Shown here: piece by piece, positions 63,343 through 64,000 of the stretch
Layout: the number at the start of each line of letters is the position of its first letter
How positions within the stretch are numbered: position 1 is the first letter of the stretch
From: Antedon mediterranea
Lineage: Eukaryota > Animalia > Echinodermata
DNA: 64,000 bases
Direction of reading: 5' to 3'
Assembly (NCBI RefSeq): GCF_964355755.1
Contig: NC_092675.1
Span: 9,357,812 to 9,421,811, forward strand
Position numbers and translations under genes: made by a program
Notes under the pieces: generated by a model
Told to the model about the DNA's origin: nothing
Database searches by the model: none
The model's input: the letters and a program-made list of their open reading frames with translations, nothing else

Positions 63343-64000
63343 TAATTCATTGTAATAGAAAATGTGGTTAAAAGATGAACAGAAAATACTATTACTAATG
63401 TTTCAAACAAAAAACATATCTCTACACAACTTATCCGTAGACAGTAATGTTATGCAATATGATACTTTAAATTGTTTCAATTTCAAGTAGGCCTACTAGT
63501 TATTGCTGTCCACCAGAACATTTTGATATAAACGTCAAGCTCAACAGTTCTTTTCAGAATGCTAGAAGTATTAACTTGCCATGTGTATCCGATTAAACGC
63601 TGCGGGCATTTATTGTTCAAAAGGGTTTTTAGGGGGAGGGGAGGCATCTTTATTTGGGGTATAATATGGTAACATGTATAATCAAATAAATACCACCTAG
63701 ATGTAAAACAAGGCTGTAATGTTTTATCACTCTTCTATATTATACTTTATTCACATCGTCCATGTTGCACACGCTTCCCCTTACCTAGAGGGCGGCAACT
63801 ACATTACATTCCCTCCTTACTTTAGATAAGTTCTACAACTATCAAATACAACACTGAATATTAACTAACATTTTAACTATTAACTTTTATCATATTGACT
63901 AGCTTATTTAATTATTAATACTCTGATTGTTATGCTTCATATTAGTGTATATATTTTTTTTATAAGTAATTCTCCATCAATTGCATAGTGTCAATTATCA

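Overview
AT-rich, intron-rich animal genomic DNA; the repeat families suggest a marine invertebrate, possibly an echinoderm (inference). Two minus-strand protein genes are supported exon by exon. One is the 5' six coding exons of an ATG4C/D-type cysteine protease (5565 to 52, continuing off the left edge). The other is an ARHGAP22/24/25-type PH-RhoGAP-coiled-coil gene (core exons 16758 to 10185) with several candidate alternative first exons out to ~42.5 kb. Between the genes is a (TA)n-embedded cluster: a cloverleaf tRNA-Asp-like gene with the unusual anticodon ATC, a minimal hammerhead ribozyme, and a 5'-truncated Penelope-like GIY-YIG retroelement. A structurally intact piggyBac (TTAA TSD, TIRs, 614-aa DDD transposase) lies at 19159-21865. 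The rest holds a 5S+tRNA chimeric SINE, a Nin/Deu-type tRNA SINE, many MITEs (Harbinger-, Kolobok-, hAT- and mariner-like), 25-bp and 63-bp tandem arrays, and a CpG-rich, probably bidirectional promoter near 48.3-49.2 kb. There is no CRISPR array or prokaryotic system. All calls were read by eye; no searches were run.
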